Shown here: in pieces, positions 1-12,852 of the stretch
How the letters are laid out: each line of letters opens with the position of its first letter
Position numbering within the stretch: position 1 is the first letter of the stretch
NCBI GenBank assembly: GCA_045837725.1
Contig: JBEWZL010000011.1
Location: 310,001 to 374,000 of the forward strand
Source: Vermamoeba vermiformis
Taxonomy: Eukaryota
Direction: 5' to 3'
DNA: 64,000 bases
The notes under the pieces: model-generated
What the model saw: only the letters and a program-made list of their open reading frames with translations
What the model was told of the DNA's origin: nothing
Databases searched by the model: none
Position numbers and translations under genes: made by a program

Positions 1-1457
1 TCGCGCGTCTAAATATGAAAATATCTTAATCGCTAATTTGTATTGCATAACGGTGAGCTTCTTATTAGCGCTCTTGAAGCTCAATCGAAATTCTCTGTTT
101 TTCTTATCCGACTCTGCTTTTTTCGACATTGGATGCTTGACATTAGTATCACGATCAATTCCTCGGTTCAGAATCAATTGCCATGGGTCAATATGAATCG
201 TGGCTAATATAAAAATTTCCGTTAAAATCAAACAAAAGAATACGAAGAAATAGATCCGGATCTGTATTTCAGTACGTAAGAATAATTATACGAAGTAATG
301 GGTCTATATGATAGATTATATTAACATCAATATATAAGACGTACTTTCTTCGCTTTTAATCAACTCGTCATCTCGCCAGGTCTCTTTGAAAAATTGTCTA
401 GTTTCAAATTTGAATGCAATTCCTGTGCCGTGCTTGGCATTTCTTCGAAATTCACCTTCATAGCTATTTTTATTTGCTTCTATTAATTTGCCTCGTCCAT
501 GGTATTGACCTTCAACAAAGTCGCCTGACGAATTTAAAAAAAATTAGCCGTTACTAAATATTTTATTATTGTATCAAGATTATAATAAAAATAATTATTA
601 TATTATGAATGATTATAATAAAATTGCAAAGAATTGATAATTGTGTACCAAATCTGACACGGATGTGCTGGTAAGATACACGGGAGATTTTTATCGTAGT
701 ACAAAATTATTGTAATAATGCATATTTAAGCTAGAAATATTAAATATGCATTGGAAAAATATTATTACGTATTTGTTCAATTAAATTACCTTCATAGCGT
801 TGGTTTTTGTAAGCGATCGTTTTTGTTCCCCTTCCAGTGATATATCCATTTCTAAAACTACCAATATATACATCTCCATTAGCCCACTTCATCGTTCCTC
901 TGCCGTGCATTTCGTTGTTTTCGAAATCCCCTGCGAAAAGGTCGATTATTAATTAATTGAGTTAAAAAATATTATAAAAATGCCCTACCTTCATAAGATC
1001 GTCCATCAGGCCAAGTCTGAACGCCTTTTCCGTGTTTGTTATCATTTAAATATTGTCCTTCAAAAATGCTGCCGTTAGCGTACTCCAATCTGCCTTTTCC
1101 ATGCCGCCGTCCTTTTTCATATTGTCCACGGTAAATATTTCCATTGCTATAATTATATACACCTTCTCCGTGCTTTAATCCATCCAAAAAATCGCCTTGG
1201 TATGCGTCTCCATTATTGTAATGGTAAATGCCGTATCCAGATCGATTATTGTTCTCAAAATCGCCTTCATATCGCTCGCCATCAGCCCAAATAAATAGAC
1301 CTTTGCCGTGCCGCATTCCTGCTGCGAATTCTCCAATATATTTGTTGCCATTTGGGTAAGTTAGAATCCCGTAACCGTCCATCTGACCATCGAGCAGCGG
1401 CCCTTGATAAGTGGTCCCATTAGGCCACTTATATATCTTTGGGCCCGAATCACCCAT
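1..1457 (-). CDS. MORN-repeat protein; spliced, 3' end runs off the window
   Basis: Tandem YxGxFxxGxxHGxGxYxYxNG repeats in ORF 972-1457, continuing in exons near 790-931 and 345-525. The last exon is still open at position 1. Confidence 0.85.
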
Positions 1458-1723
1458 TCGGGATCCGTGGTGTTATTTATCAGCGCTAAAGAATAAATTT
1501 TAGTTTGTGCGCGCCATTTAACGCAGCACAGCACCAAAAATTCCTACGTTTAAAATAATACTACCAATGCGCAAAATATGTTCAATGGTGACGTTTTTTT
1601 ATGATTGTAAGCGTAAAGTAAGGCTGTGGTAGTAGATCGAGCAACGAAATTACTTAAAAATTAAATTTTTATTAGCCTGTAAATTTTGTTCAATTCAGTA
1701 TTACACCTCCGTTATATATACAT

Positions 1724-3531
1724 TTACAGGGTCAATGAGGCACCCAAACCAAACTTGTATTCGTTCTGAGGATAGTTCACACGACCGCTCAACGAGACTG
1801 AAATAGCATCGCTCAATTTTTCTTCGACGAGCACGTTAACTTCGCTCAATTGCACCACGGCGCCCTTCACTGTCATGTGACCGAAGAAATCGAACACGTA
1901 GCCTGCTGACCAGAGCGACATAACTTGACCTTCTTCGTTTTTAGCAAATGTGAGCGATGAAGCCACCTTCAAGTGACGAGTAACAGCACTAAATATTATG
2001 CATTAATAAATCGACGCTTATAGCTATAATTCCCATTGCAGATCAAGATCTCGCGAATTTTGTTTGTTACTTACCGAACGTAGGAAAATTCAGTCAAGCC
2101 CAAAGATGAAACTTGAGCAGTAAATATATCGCGCTTAGTGGGGGAGAATCTAAGTTGACCAGCAAAGAAGGATCTGAAAATTAAAATTTTGAGCAACCAG
2201 ATCTTGGGCTGTTACACGAGGCTCTTTTATCGAGCAATACTTACTTTCCCATCTTAGGAGCAAACAAAGCTTCCAAGCCAGCCGAGAACATCTTAGAAAT
2301 ACCTTGGGCATAAGAAACAGCAAAAATAGGTCCGTGGCTTTGGTACTTAATTTGACCGGTCCAATCGGATCCTGAATAATAATATAACGATTAGTTTCAT
2401 GTAAATATTACTAGCTTGACAGCTTCTATCTAAATAATATCATCGTAGTAATATATGATTATTAGTCTCATTGTTTCAAGTCGCTGAAAAGTACCTCTGT
2501 ATTCAGTATCAACTTCCATATAGTCGCGCTCGCCGTCTTGTGTAATCTATTAAATATTTATTATTAGCGCCTATATTATAATAAATAATATATTATGAGG
2601 ACTTACATCAGCAGAAACACGAGTAGTCAAATTAGGAGTAACATCAGCATTAACACGTGCGCTGACATTGAAATCAGCGTCGGTACGGCCCATCATGGAG
2701 AACTAAAATACAATAATATTAATATAAGCTGCAAACTTGCATTTATCTGACTGAAAAGCAGATCCAATTCTGTCGCGTGTAATGACGCGATTTGAATTAT
2801 TTTCTGAATGAAAAGTACTTACGCCCTTTTTAGCATATTGAGCGATAAAAGCGTATGAAGAGGGAGGAGCAGGTTCGCTTTGACCCATAGAAACTGAGTG
2901 TGTGACGACAAATGACGGAGTGAAGTTACGTTGAAAAACTAATCGAACTCCATCAAATAATTCACCTTGATTTTTAAAATGATTAAAATCTATTTGCAAG
3001 AGACGCGGTATATTGAAATTATAAAGCGCTACTCCTAAAATTAATTTTGGTTCATGGTGAAGTCATCCAGATCGGATCAGAGGATCACCGTTTTAAACAA
3101 TTGATTATATTATTCTAATGCTGTACTGTCGCTATATATAACATACCAGATGTTTGAGGGCCAAGGAAATCTGTATAATCGCAAATACAAATTATTAGCA
3201 ATCAGATCTATCAAGACGAAAAATATTTTTTGGTTTTATCGTGTATAATATTGCAAATAATGAATAATAAACTACGAATAATTTGATTGCATATGTAGCC
3301 GATTTTAATAGAATTTTTGACGAATTATGGCTTACCTTTTGACTCCTTGCTCAAATCCTCGTACTTGCCCGGATTGGGAGGGCTTCTATAAGGTCTGAAT
3401 CCTTTTTTTTCAGGCTCTTCATCGCCCACACCCTTAGGAAGCTCATAAGGAGAGCCAGGGTAGGCAGCCTGAGGAGGAACTGCAGCGAATCCGAAAAAAC
3501 CAAACTTGGCAGCTGCAAACAAACTAGACAT
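1724..3531 (-). CDS. TOM40: Mitochondrial import channel Tom40 (multi-exon)
   Basis: PNPGKYEDL motif, ELFDGVRL...FVVTHSVSMG and C-terminal YKFGLG. The exon junctions checked join in frame at GT-AG sites. Confidence 0.9.
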
Positions 3532-3756
3532 ATTTGTTATATGTACTGTATAATATCAATATACGGCCCTCAATGAACCAACAAGAAAATTTTATTTGAC
3601 GAGATCCAGCCCTGAGTTCAGTTAAGTCTGGGTTTTGCAATTAAGTCACGAGTCAATAAAAGTTAAATTTCCCACGTGCTAGATCGGTAACATTAGTCTC
3701 AAATTCTATCAACATATACCACACATCACTTCATTCAGTAAATAGAATAACCGACG

Positions 3757-5078
3757 ATGTCCGAGCCAATCTGCCTTTTGTTTGACATGGATGGCACTCT
3801 GTGCGGTAAGCCCTCAATCTTATATTTTATACATATTTATACAATAATATTCATACCATTGAAATGATCTTTTCGAGGCTTTGAACGTCTGAAACATTTT
3901 TCTGATTTTTTGTATTGCGGATCTAGACACCGACGCATTGCACTTCAAGATTTTCCAAGATTACTTGAAGCCCTTTGGTTACGACATCGACCAAGAATTT
4001 TGTAAGTTAATAGGGCGTTTTCAGACTCGTCTACGTGGCATCCGAATCATCATTTGAACAGCGATACATGTCCATAAACTTTGTAACTGTATAATACTAG
4101 ATTATTAACCGCCTTTTATTATCAGACAAATCTCGTATCAGCGGCAAGCATAACCCAGTACTGTTCCGTGAATTATTGCCTCCTCATTATACAGAAGACC
4201 AAATTACCCAAGCCGCTGAAGAAAAGGTAATTATATTCTTATATACTCAATAACATCGGTTTGTCTATGATTATGATCAACCGGCACTCTATTTTATTTG
4301 CTGAAATTCCGATCCATCGTTAAATATATCGGTGACTCACACTACTTCGCGCTAGGAAGCCCTATTCCGTAAAATCGCCCACGAAACCAAGTGCTTGAGC
4401 CCTATTCATGGCTTGATTAGCTTCCTCATCGAAGCAAAGCGCGATCCGAACGTCAAGATCGCCTTGGTTACAAACGCCATGAGGTTAAACGCCGAATTTT
4501 TGTTGAATAATCTCAGCGTAGTTGGTAAGCTTTTGGAACTACAAATAGTATAGCTCTTTCTAAATACCGTATGAGTTTTCGTCTGGTGCACAATAATTAC
4601 GAACGTAAATCTCCATTCGTATATTTTGCTGCGAGAAATTTAACTATATTCTTCGTGCTAACGGTTATAATTAACGATAATTTTCAGAATTCTTTTCGGA
4701 GGTAGTTATTGGTGATGAATGCACTCGAGCCAAGCCTCATCCCGATCCCTATTTGGAAGCCGCAAAGCGCCTTGGTACTGATATTAAGAACTGTGTTGTA
4801 TTTGAAGGTATGTCCAACTCTACACGGAATAATATGGGTCAAATACTTACTGTCTACTCAGATTCACCTTCCGGAATTAAATCCGGCGTTGCTGCTGGTA
4901 TGAAAGTTGTAAGTCTCAAAATATATACCACCTATAGATCCAATTTAACGCGTTATATCAGATTGCCATTGCCAGCACTCAAACGCACGAGACGTTGAAG
5001 GGATGCGGCGCATCTCACGTTGTAGACGATTTTTCAACGATCAATATGGAGTTTATTCGCAACTTCTTGAAGAACTAA
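3757..5078 (+). CDS. HAD-superfamily hydrolase (CbbY/beta-PGM-like)
   Basis: LLFDMDGTLCD motif I, LVTNA motif II, KPHPDPYL and VVFEDSPSGIKSG motifs III/IV, spread over short exons. Confidence 0.9.
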
Positions 5079-5206
5079 TTGTTACATAATATAAATACCC
5101 ACTATTTTAAACTTTCGACGCAAGGTTTATGTTACATATACAACAATATTATACAGAGGTTTTAGCTGCTACGTTTTTGTTTGTTCTTGATCTGACTCTT
5201 GTGGAT

Positions 5207-7087
5207 TTAATACCAGCAATCAGCGCCATTAATAAATGTTCTGGATGAATAGTTATTAAGGGGTTGAATTGCTTTCAAAATCAATTCAAAAGAGATGATC
5301 AAGCTCGACCACATCTGCATCAACAAATACAGCGTGGCAAACATGAGCAGCAACATTCTGTCGCTAAAGTTGAAAATGCTAATGTCGCGAGACAAGATGA
5401 TATCCACGTTCAAATAAGCCATAATAGCCATCATTCCAGCGATGACCAAGAAAAACACGCCGAGCACTAACAACGAGGCCGTGTAGCTCTTTGAAGGCTT
5501 TTGCATGATGATCTGATTGAAGTACGTGCACAAAGTGAAGCCGAGGAACATTGCCGCTGCCGAGTAGAGGTAGAGCGAGTTGGATAAGTTCAAAGTATGC
5601 AAGCCAATGCACATGGCAAGCAAGCCAAGAACAATTTTGCGTTTGAAGACCGAGATCAAGGTTGCTTTCCAAGGATTGACTTTGTTGCCGTTCTTCAACG
5701 TGTTAGGCATCTGATAAGACAGCAAGCCTAGTAAGAGTAACATAGGCCAGCCATCTTGCAATGAGAGCGATTGGAATTTTCCGAGCGTGATCCAAGGACT
5801 GCAGCACGCCAAGAAGAACAATATGCGTCGGAATGTGGTCCACTATAATAATAAAAACATCGTTAATTATTATTGCTCGATTAAATAGTTGACTACTATT
5901 TCTGTTGTAGCGTTGAGAAATTCCGAAATATTTCCTTTCTCAGAATAGCGTTAACATGATACGTATTAATTTCTCGTCTCAAAGCTCCGCCATCAAAATC
6001 ATATATCAGCAACTGTTACTTACCGATGAAGCTTGTGGATCGGCCGTTAGGTCTTGACCCTATAAATAGTAACCATTAAGAAACGCATCCAAATAAGCCA
6101 CAAATATTCAATAGCAACTTACTTGACCTCCTTTGCGTAAGAAAACGAATTGACCGTCAAAATCTGAGTAAAAGCGCGGGCGGGTCTCTGTTCGCTCGTA
6201 ATGGGCAATATCGGAGATCTTATGCGCCAGTTGTTTAGTAGTGCACCAGCCAGCTGTATTCTTCGAGTCGTTCCATGTAAAATCAGCGCTGTTGAACGCT
6301 TTGATTATCCAGTCGGTCAATTGTTGAGACTTGGGATCAGAAAATTGGTGGGTAATTGTCTGAATTGAACGGGAGTTCATAACTTGAGAAATAGGACCTT
6401 CTTTGCCTCCTTTAAATTCAGGCAGTTCATAACTGCGCGAAAGTGAATTCTTGATGGGAATCTCGTCTTCTTGATTGTACCGATCCAAGACCACCAAAAC
6501 GTGTCGGAATAAGTTTGCTTCTATTAAGGGAGACAAAAAACGCAAGAACGTCCTCTTGTTGCTGTTGCCCAAATTATAATCAAACGTTCCTAGTCTACCA
6601 TCCAAATCTCCAAATCCGCTAAAGTAAAAAATAAATTGGTGAAGGAATTCTGGCTGATGCTTGACTTTCTCCATCAAACTTCTGATCTGGTAGTCGATGC
6701 TGGGGCATGTAGCTTGCTCGTTAACAAGTGTGACAACGGAGTCAAAACTGAATTTCGATCGGAGGAAGTTGCCTAGCTTGTTCGCATTTTGTTCGCAGTT
6801 TCTAAGCGCCTCTTTATCAAAACTGTTGTTGCTGATGATGATTGCGTGATTCTGAGTGGTATCTACGATCTTCTGATAATCCTGTGTATTCTCGAATTAA
6901 ATTCTATTCAACGGGCGCCGTAGGGCGGAAATATTCGAAAGCCAGAATAATACTCGTAGTTTATCTTTGCAAGGCATATCCCTCGCAAGTAGAGTATTTA
7001 TACGAGGATTTTATATCAAAATTATACATTAATTTTTATTCGAAATTTGGATTTGCTAAAGAAAAATTGAAACAGTTTACCTACCAT
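5207..7087 (-). CDS. Caspase-like (peptidase C14 fold) domain without the catalytic dyad, fused to a multi-pass membrane domain
   Basis: Exons 7087-7085 (ATG), 6881-6123, 6059-6024 and 5842-5207 splice in frame. HAIIISNNSF..LRNCEQNA..L..FL...F.F, FIFYFSGFG, VLVVLDRY and terminal DGQFVF follow the C14 pattern. The C-terminal ~210 aa are strongly hydrophobic. Confidence 0.65.
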
Positions 7088-7957
7088 TATGCTTGATGTT
7101 TCTGTGTGGCTCTTGCCTTATAGACCTACAGTACGAGTTAAAAACTTGCGTTGCGTGGTGCTATGACTGTCGGCAGGTGTTGCACTGATTTTTTTGTCGA
7201 TCTAAAAATCTCGCTGCTTTATCTCCGGTGAAGGTGATTGAATCGTGCACAACAAGTTCGAACGGAACAATAGATTGGCTCACGTTAAGTAATTCGAACG
7301 AATTGTTGCCGATTAATCAAATTAATGAAGGTCTGAAAGCAGATGTGGTTTTGTTTGGCGAACTTGATGAATTCTCATACAAATTTAACAATATTAAGAT
7401 AATGGACACTTCATTTCGACAATACATTATCGAGGTACCGACCAAATGATCTGGCAGTTTTTCCACCAGCTTTCACAAATCCTTTGGTAGGTCGGTAATC
7501 GTCTGGTTTTGTGGAGTATTTTGTTGATCAGCTATTGTCGTTGAGGACTCACACTCTTCAACAAGGTCCGAAACCGCATCGGCCAATAATTTCTTGCAGC
7601 TCAGACTGTCTGAAATTCAAGCGAAAAAAATTGCACCATCGTTTTATGACAAATAACTGTTGTTCTTAGCAAAATCGTGTTCTTCATCGTTAAGACAGCA
7701 CTGGCGAATTTAGTAATTTTCAAAGTTCAATCTCTTCGTAGAGAGGACCTCATTGGTAAAAGTACCTTTTAGCCACTGCCTCAATAAATTCGCGGTAGTG
7801 TGTTCGTGTCTTATACGTGACATTTGAGGACTACGTGGTGTTTGTATTGTTGCGTTCAGATCGTCGAACGTGCGGACTTTTGTTGTGGGCGCGAACCAAA
7901 AAGTTTTTTTCTAAACCCGCATCAAAGCACAACAACACTACCCGCAAGAACACTACA

Positions 7958-8341
7958 ATGGTAAGTATTCTTTGGCATGAGAAACCTCTCTTGCTGTTGC
8001 TAGCAAAATATCCCATCTTACGCATTCGTGCTTAGGGCAATCCGCAATCAAAAGGCAAATTGATCGAAGCTCTTGCTAGCAAGAACAACGAGGCTAAGAT
8101 TTTGGACGCCTTCAACTCGTACGATACTGACAAATCCGGCTTTTTGAACAAGAAGGAGTTCTCTCACTTCGCTGAGGATCTTTTGAAGATTATGACTCAA
8201 GGAGGAATTGACGCTAAGGCTTTGTTGGGTGGCATGTCGAGCAAAGAGTTCGCCGACACTATGTTCGCCGGCATCGACTTGGATAACAACGGTAAAATCT
8301 CTTACACTGAATTCCGCGCTGCCATTCAAAAGAGCACTTAA
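7958..8341 (+). CDS. Small two-EF-hand calcium-binding protein, probably N-myristoylated
   Basis: ATG, intron, then GGC gives MGNPQSK (MGxxxS). EF loops DTDKSGFLNKKE and DLDNNGKISYTE. Confidence 0.88.
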
Positions 8342-8754
8342 TTATATTTTTATTTGTTACCACGATGAGTTATATATGCCCTTAAAGGCTTCGTTTCTAG
8401 CTCGTGGAATAAAAACTTAAATCTTAAAAAAAAGCAGATTTCAGAATTTTATTTTTGCTTTGCTTCAAAATACTACGATTATAGACGCGTCAATTATATT
8501 GACTAGATTAAAATGAAAATAATTAAATTTCTACTCTTGAAATTGAATTTTTAACTTTGAGAGCCAAAATCTGCAGTACGATTGTTTTTCTGCAATACCT
8601 CAGTGGCGCGAGCATAAAGGCAGATAATAATTTCTCCTACCGTAATCGATGTCGAAAGTCAAGTTGCGGGAAAGCAGGAAACCGGTAGAGATGCTGCAGC
8701 CTGGTAAGGACGTTTATTACGCACAACACTAAGAGAAGTGCACGATGTTAGTAT

Positions 8755-9633
8755 CTATGCTAATATACTTTTCATTATAGCCACAGTTGCTTCGGGCATT
8801 GGATCGAGATCGGTCGAGCCGGAGATGTCTTTATACTTCTCTAAATCGGATAATTGCTGGGTGATATGACTCTTAATCATATGAGCCGAGTCACTACCAA
8901 GAGGGATGCGCAGTGGAGGCTTTTCAAGAGCGAGAACCTTTTCCAAAGCAACGGCAAATTTTTTCGGATCGCCAGGTTCGTTGCCACGGATCACCTGCAT
9001 AAGTGCAAAGGTCTGCTTAACGATGGTATATCCTTCGAAGTCTAGCCTGGCACCACTGTTAACTTTGTCTCCGAAGCTCGTGTTGTATCCACCAGGCTCA
9101 GCAATGATGACGCGAATGCCGTGCTCAGCGACTTCTTTTGCGAGACCGTCGGAAAAGCCTTCAAGTGCAAACTTGCTTGCGCAGTAGATCGATGCTGCAG
9201 GGTATGTAGTGACACCCATTGCCGAGCTTACTTGAACTATAGTACCGCTGCCTTGTTTGCGTATGATCGGGAGAACTTCTTGGCTCATGAACACAGCACC
9301 AAAGAAGTTTGTTTCGAACACACCTCTGATCTCGTTGTCTCGTAGAGTCTCCGCGGGACCAAAGACGGCGTATCCAGCGTTGTTTATCAATACGTCGATT
9401 CTGCCAAACTTCTCTATGGTCTTGGAAACTGCCTTCGAGATGGATGCGCGATCCGTTACGTCCAACTCCAAGGTGAGTGCAGTTTGTGGGTATCTTCGTT
9501 CAAACCCCGATATCTTCGTTGCATCTCTTGCAGTGACGACAACGTGTTGCCCAGCAGAGAGAAAGTGTTCTGCGAGATGAAAGCCAAATCCGGTAGAGCA
9601 CCCTGTAATAATGAAAACTTGTTTTGAAGCCAT
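8755..9633 (-). CDS. Classical short-chain dehydrogenase/reductase, intronless
   Basis: TGCSTGFG, NNAG, YCASK and IAEPG motifs in a single 292-aa ORF. Confidence 0.93.
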   Translation of the reverse strand: MASKQVFIITGCSTGFGFHLAEHFLSAGQHVVVTARDATKISGFERRYPQTALTLELDVTDRASISKAVSKTIEKFGRIDVLINNAGYAVFGPAETLRDNEIRGVFETNFFGAVFMSQEVLPIIRKQGSGTIVQVSSAMGVTTYPAASIYCASKFALEGFSDGLAKEVAEHGIRVIIAEPGGYNTSFGDKVNSGARLDFEGYTIVKQTFALMQVIRGNEPGDPKKFAVALEKVLALEKPPLRIPLGSDSAHMIKSHITQQLSDLEKYKDISGSTDLDPMPEATVAIMKSILA

Positions 9634-10224
9634 GAAGATCTTGCTATTGAAATTGAAGATTGATTAAGTGCGCCTCCTACGATACTACTTATACAAGGAT
9701 GGAGAAACGGCGGATCCGTTTTACCTTTACTCCTCCTTATTAAATTCCCGATTAGGACCTGTCATTTTTCTCCTGATCGAATCTTCTACCAGTCGAAGGT
9801 TCTACTGACTTCGCACAGAGAATTGTGAAGAAAATATCGAGATATCCTGGATGAGAAATTTGACAGTAGAGGGACGAGACACGCCGAAAAAACGAAATAT
9901 TTTGTTTTTGCCTCAACTTATTTAAATGCACGTTAGAGTTTCCTTGTCGATTTAATCTAACAGTAACGAGTCACGAGGACTGTGAGGACAACGAATTAGA
10001 CGATCGCGAACTCTGGCAGGGTCGTGTAAAAGGACCTCTTATTAATTAGAAAAATAATGTAAGTTCTAATAATCCTACGTAATCTGCTTGTTTCAGTAAT
10101 GTTCAAATTGTAACCACCATTTAATTGATTAAAATCCAAAAAGCTTTTAATTAAATTAATCGCCAAAAATATGTTCTGTGCTATATTATATACTAATAGT
10201 AAACGCAATTTTTTAGAAATAGAA

Positions 10225-12702
10225 ATGAAGCGATCGATAGTCGTATTAATTTTGGTCCTCTTTGGTTGCCTCGTAATCTCGAGCGAATGTCGCGAGCAAG
10301 CCTCAAACACGTCAATTCCAAATCTATTACCAATTGGTATGTATTAATATCGGCCTTGTAAAAGAATGATTAACCGACATCTTGGATTTAGTGGATCCAA
10401 ACTCAAATTGCTCTGGCCACGGAAATTATACAGATGAGGATATAGGAGTGGGCTGCGAATGCGAAGAAGACTATATTGGACGTATTTGTGAGATCGAGAC
10501 TCATTTACTGACCTCTACGAATTATAAATGTTGGGTAGGTGGTTGATCTCGATCCGTCTATTAATTTAATTCATTAGTCGAGCTCATTAATTTAATAGTA
10601 TGCGAATTGCTATGACTGCGAAGAATATGATTGCAACAACCAATTCTCTTTGCAAGAAAAGATCGAAGTTTGTCCACAAAAGAACGAGTACCACATCCAC
10701 ACAAAATGTACGAACATTACAGTTCAATGTTTTATCAAATGCGAACAAAGAGAGTGCCCTGAAGGTATTGGAATGATAGCCTCACCATGCTTTCATAACG
10801 AGCTCAGAGAACGATTCGTTTTTTTTATCATCGTTATGGCCGTTCTTACGGTGATCAGTATTGGCTTTGAATTAGCCACTCATAAGTTTGAACACGTAAG
10901 TTTAGCTTAATTATAATGTTACCACTATTATTTGAACTCTGCTCATCGTTAGCCATTATTTGATCCGGAAATTAGTTTTCGAATTTACGCAGCAATCAAG
11001 TTAACCATTTCAATATCGATATTAATATGCTCTCTATAGTACTTGGACCATCATCATATGAAAGGCGTGTTATCAATCATTCATAGCTTTAAGTCAGAGC
11101 TGATGTACAAGGCTTGATCGGGTTGAGCTTATTTATCGTTCATAATACTGACGGTAAGCATTATATAATCGATCGCATATTATTTTGAAAGAATAGTAAG
11201 GTTTAACACAAAACGAGCGAACTTTAGGGATCGCGTACTGGATCGAGTTTTCCTGATCTTGACAATGAAATCTCAGTTTAATAATTAATTTGTTTAGCGT
11301 TCGAGCACTTGTTGCATTACCTCACTGGAAGCATGGAGATCATTGAAGGAGTTCATTTCTTGGTATTCTTCTTCGTCGTAGCATTCTTGGTAATGGTCGT
11401 GCTCGCTTGGACCCCTACATTGCTGTATCACTATCGTAGTTTGGATTCATATGAAACTAAGTATTTCAGTAAGTGCCAAACGTTAAATCCAGCCATTTTT
11501 TACCGTTACTTTTTTCGTTTCGGATCCGCTACTTTCGATGCTTGCCGCTCCATACCAGGATGATAAATTTAATTCATATTCAGAATTTATACAAAGACTG
11601 TCGGTTTAATCATATCAATTGCAACTATATTGAATTATTAATTACGGGGACTGTCGGAGTTAGGCCGAAAGTGGACGGCACGAAGCGAAATTTCAAAATT
11701 ACCGCAAAACTTTTAACAGTGTATTTCTAACGATAAATTGCTAGCGATGTTACAAGGTTTGATTCGAAACAACTTTAAGATAGAAGAGAAAGAGTAAGTC
11801 ACGCGATTTTTTTATCAATTTTAATTTAACTTTTTCGTTAGTAGTACTAAAGACTTAGGCGCTTTGTACAACCGCTACTGGAGGTCTCGAGAGTTATTTG
11901 AAGCCTCTTTAAAACTAGAGAGGCCAAATGACACTGATTCTGCAATTTTCTTTCCGTTCAGTGCCTACGTCAAATTATGCATGAACGATTTAATTGCAAA
12001 ATTTGCGAGCTCCAGTTGGCTCGTATGGATTATAGGCCTAGTCTATTTTTATACGGACATTTATCTTGGAGATAACCCATGGTTTGCATTAATTCCTCGC
12101 TCAGTTTTGTTCATTACGCAACTTTACATTTTCATTTCGTACATCGTTATTAACCGTAGACTCAAAAATTATAAAGCGGTACGTATTAATTTTAAAAAAA
12201 ATCAAACCCTAACCCTCAAAAAGTTTACTAACGCGTTATTTTTCAAAAGGGCAAAAATGAAGATGAAGAAAACCGTCCATTATTAGACGATCAAAAACGA
12301 GCAGCACTTACTAGAAAATATTACGCGTTATTTCCGTTCAATAGTCCAAAGCTATTCCTATTCAGCTATCAATTGCAAATGTGGCTCATGACTGTCGGAT
12401 CTCTCATGGAACTCTTGCTATTGAACGATGGCGCAGTTTTGCGGCTCATTCTAGGTTTTGCTGGCTTCTTTTTCGGAATTTCGTTCAACGCCGCGTACAT
12501 CGCAGCCTTATTAAATGTGGGTCCTAATCTCAACATGTCATTTGTCAAAGAAGTCGAGAAACGACAGCCACGAGAAGCTAATGCCAACGCACGACAAGCG
12601 TGGAAAGAAACTCTTCAAGAAAAGATTCGAGAACGTGTTGCCGGCCAACGCGGCAAAGCTAATGGTAATGCGGAGTTGGAGGAAAGCATATTGATAAATT
12701 AA
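10225..12702 (+). CDS. MLO-like multi-pass membrane protein with signal peptide and EGF-like Cys-rich ectodomain; apparent 1-nt frameshift near 11105
   Basis: CSGHG...CECEEDYIGRIC EGF motif. SIGFELATH, KSELM/QGLIGLSLF, EGVHFLVFF and FPFSAYVKLCMNDL resemble conserved MLO blocks. Confidence 0.65.
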
Positions 12703-12852
12703 CATAAACGCTCTTTCAACAATAATAAAGGAAAATACGTTGTAACTTTGCACAATGGCCAATCAAACCAGCCTTAAGGTACACTTTAAGCTATCATATT
12801 TACTAATGATGAGAAATTTTTATTAAAAAATGTACAATATTTACAGGTGCGT

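Noticed and set aside
7130-7830. Possible additional coding exons upstream of the pseudo-caspase
   Set aside because: Candidate frames contain stops, and an ATG|GT start at 7087 already gives a complete domain; more likely UTR or promoter.
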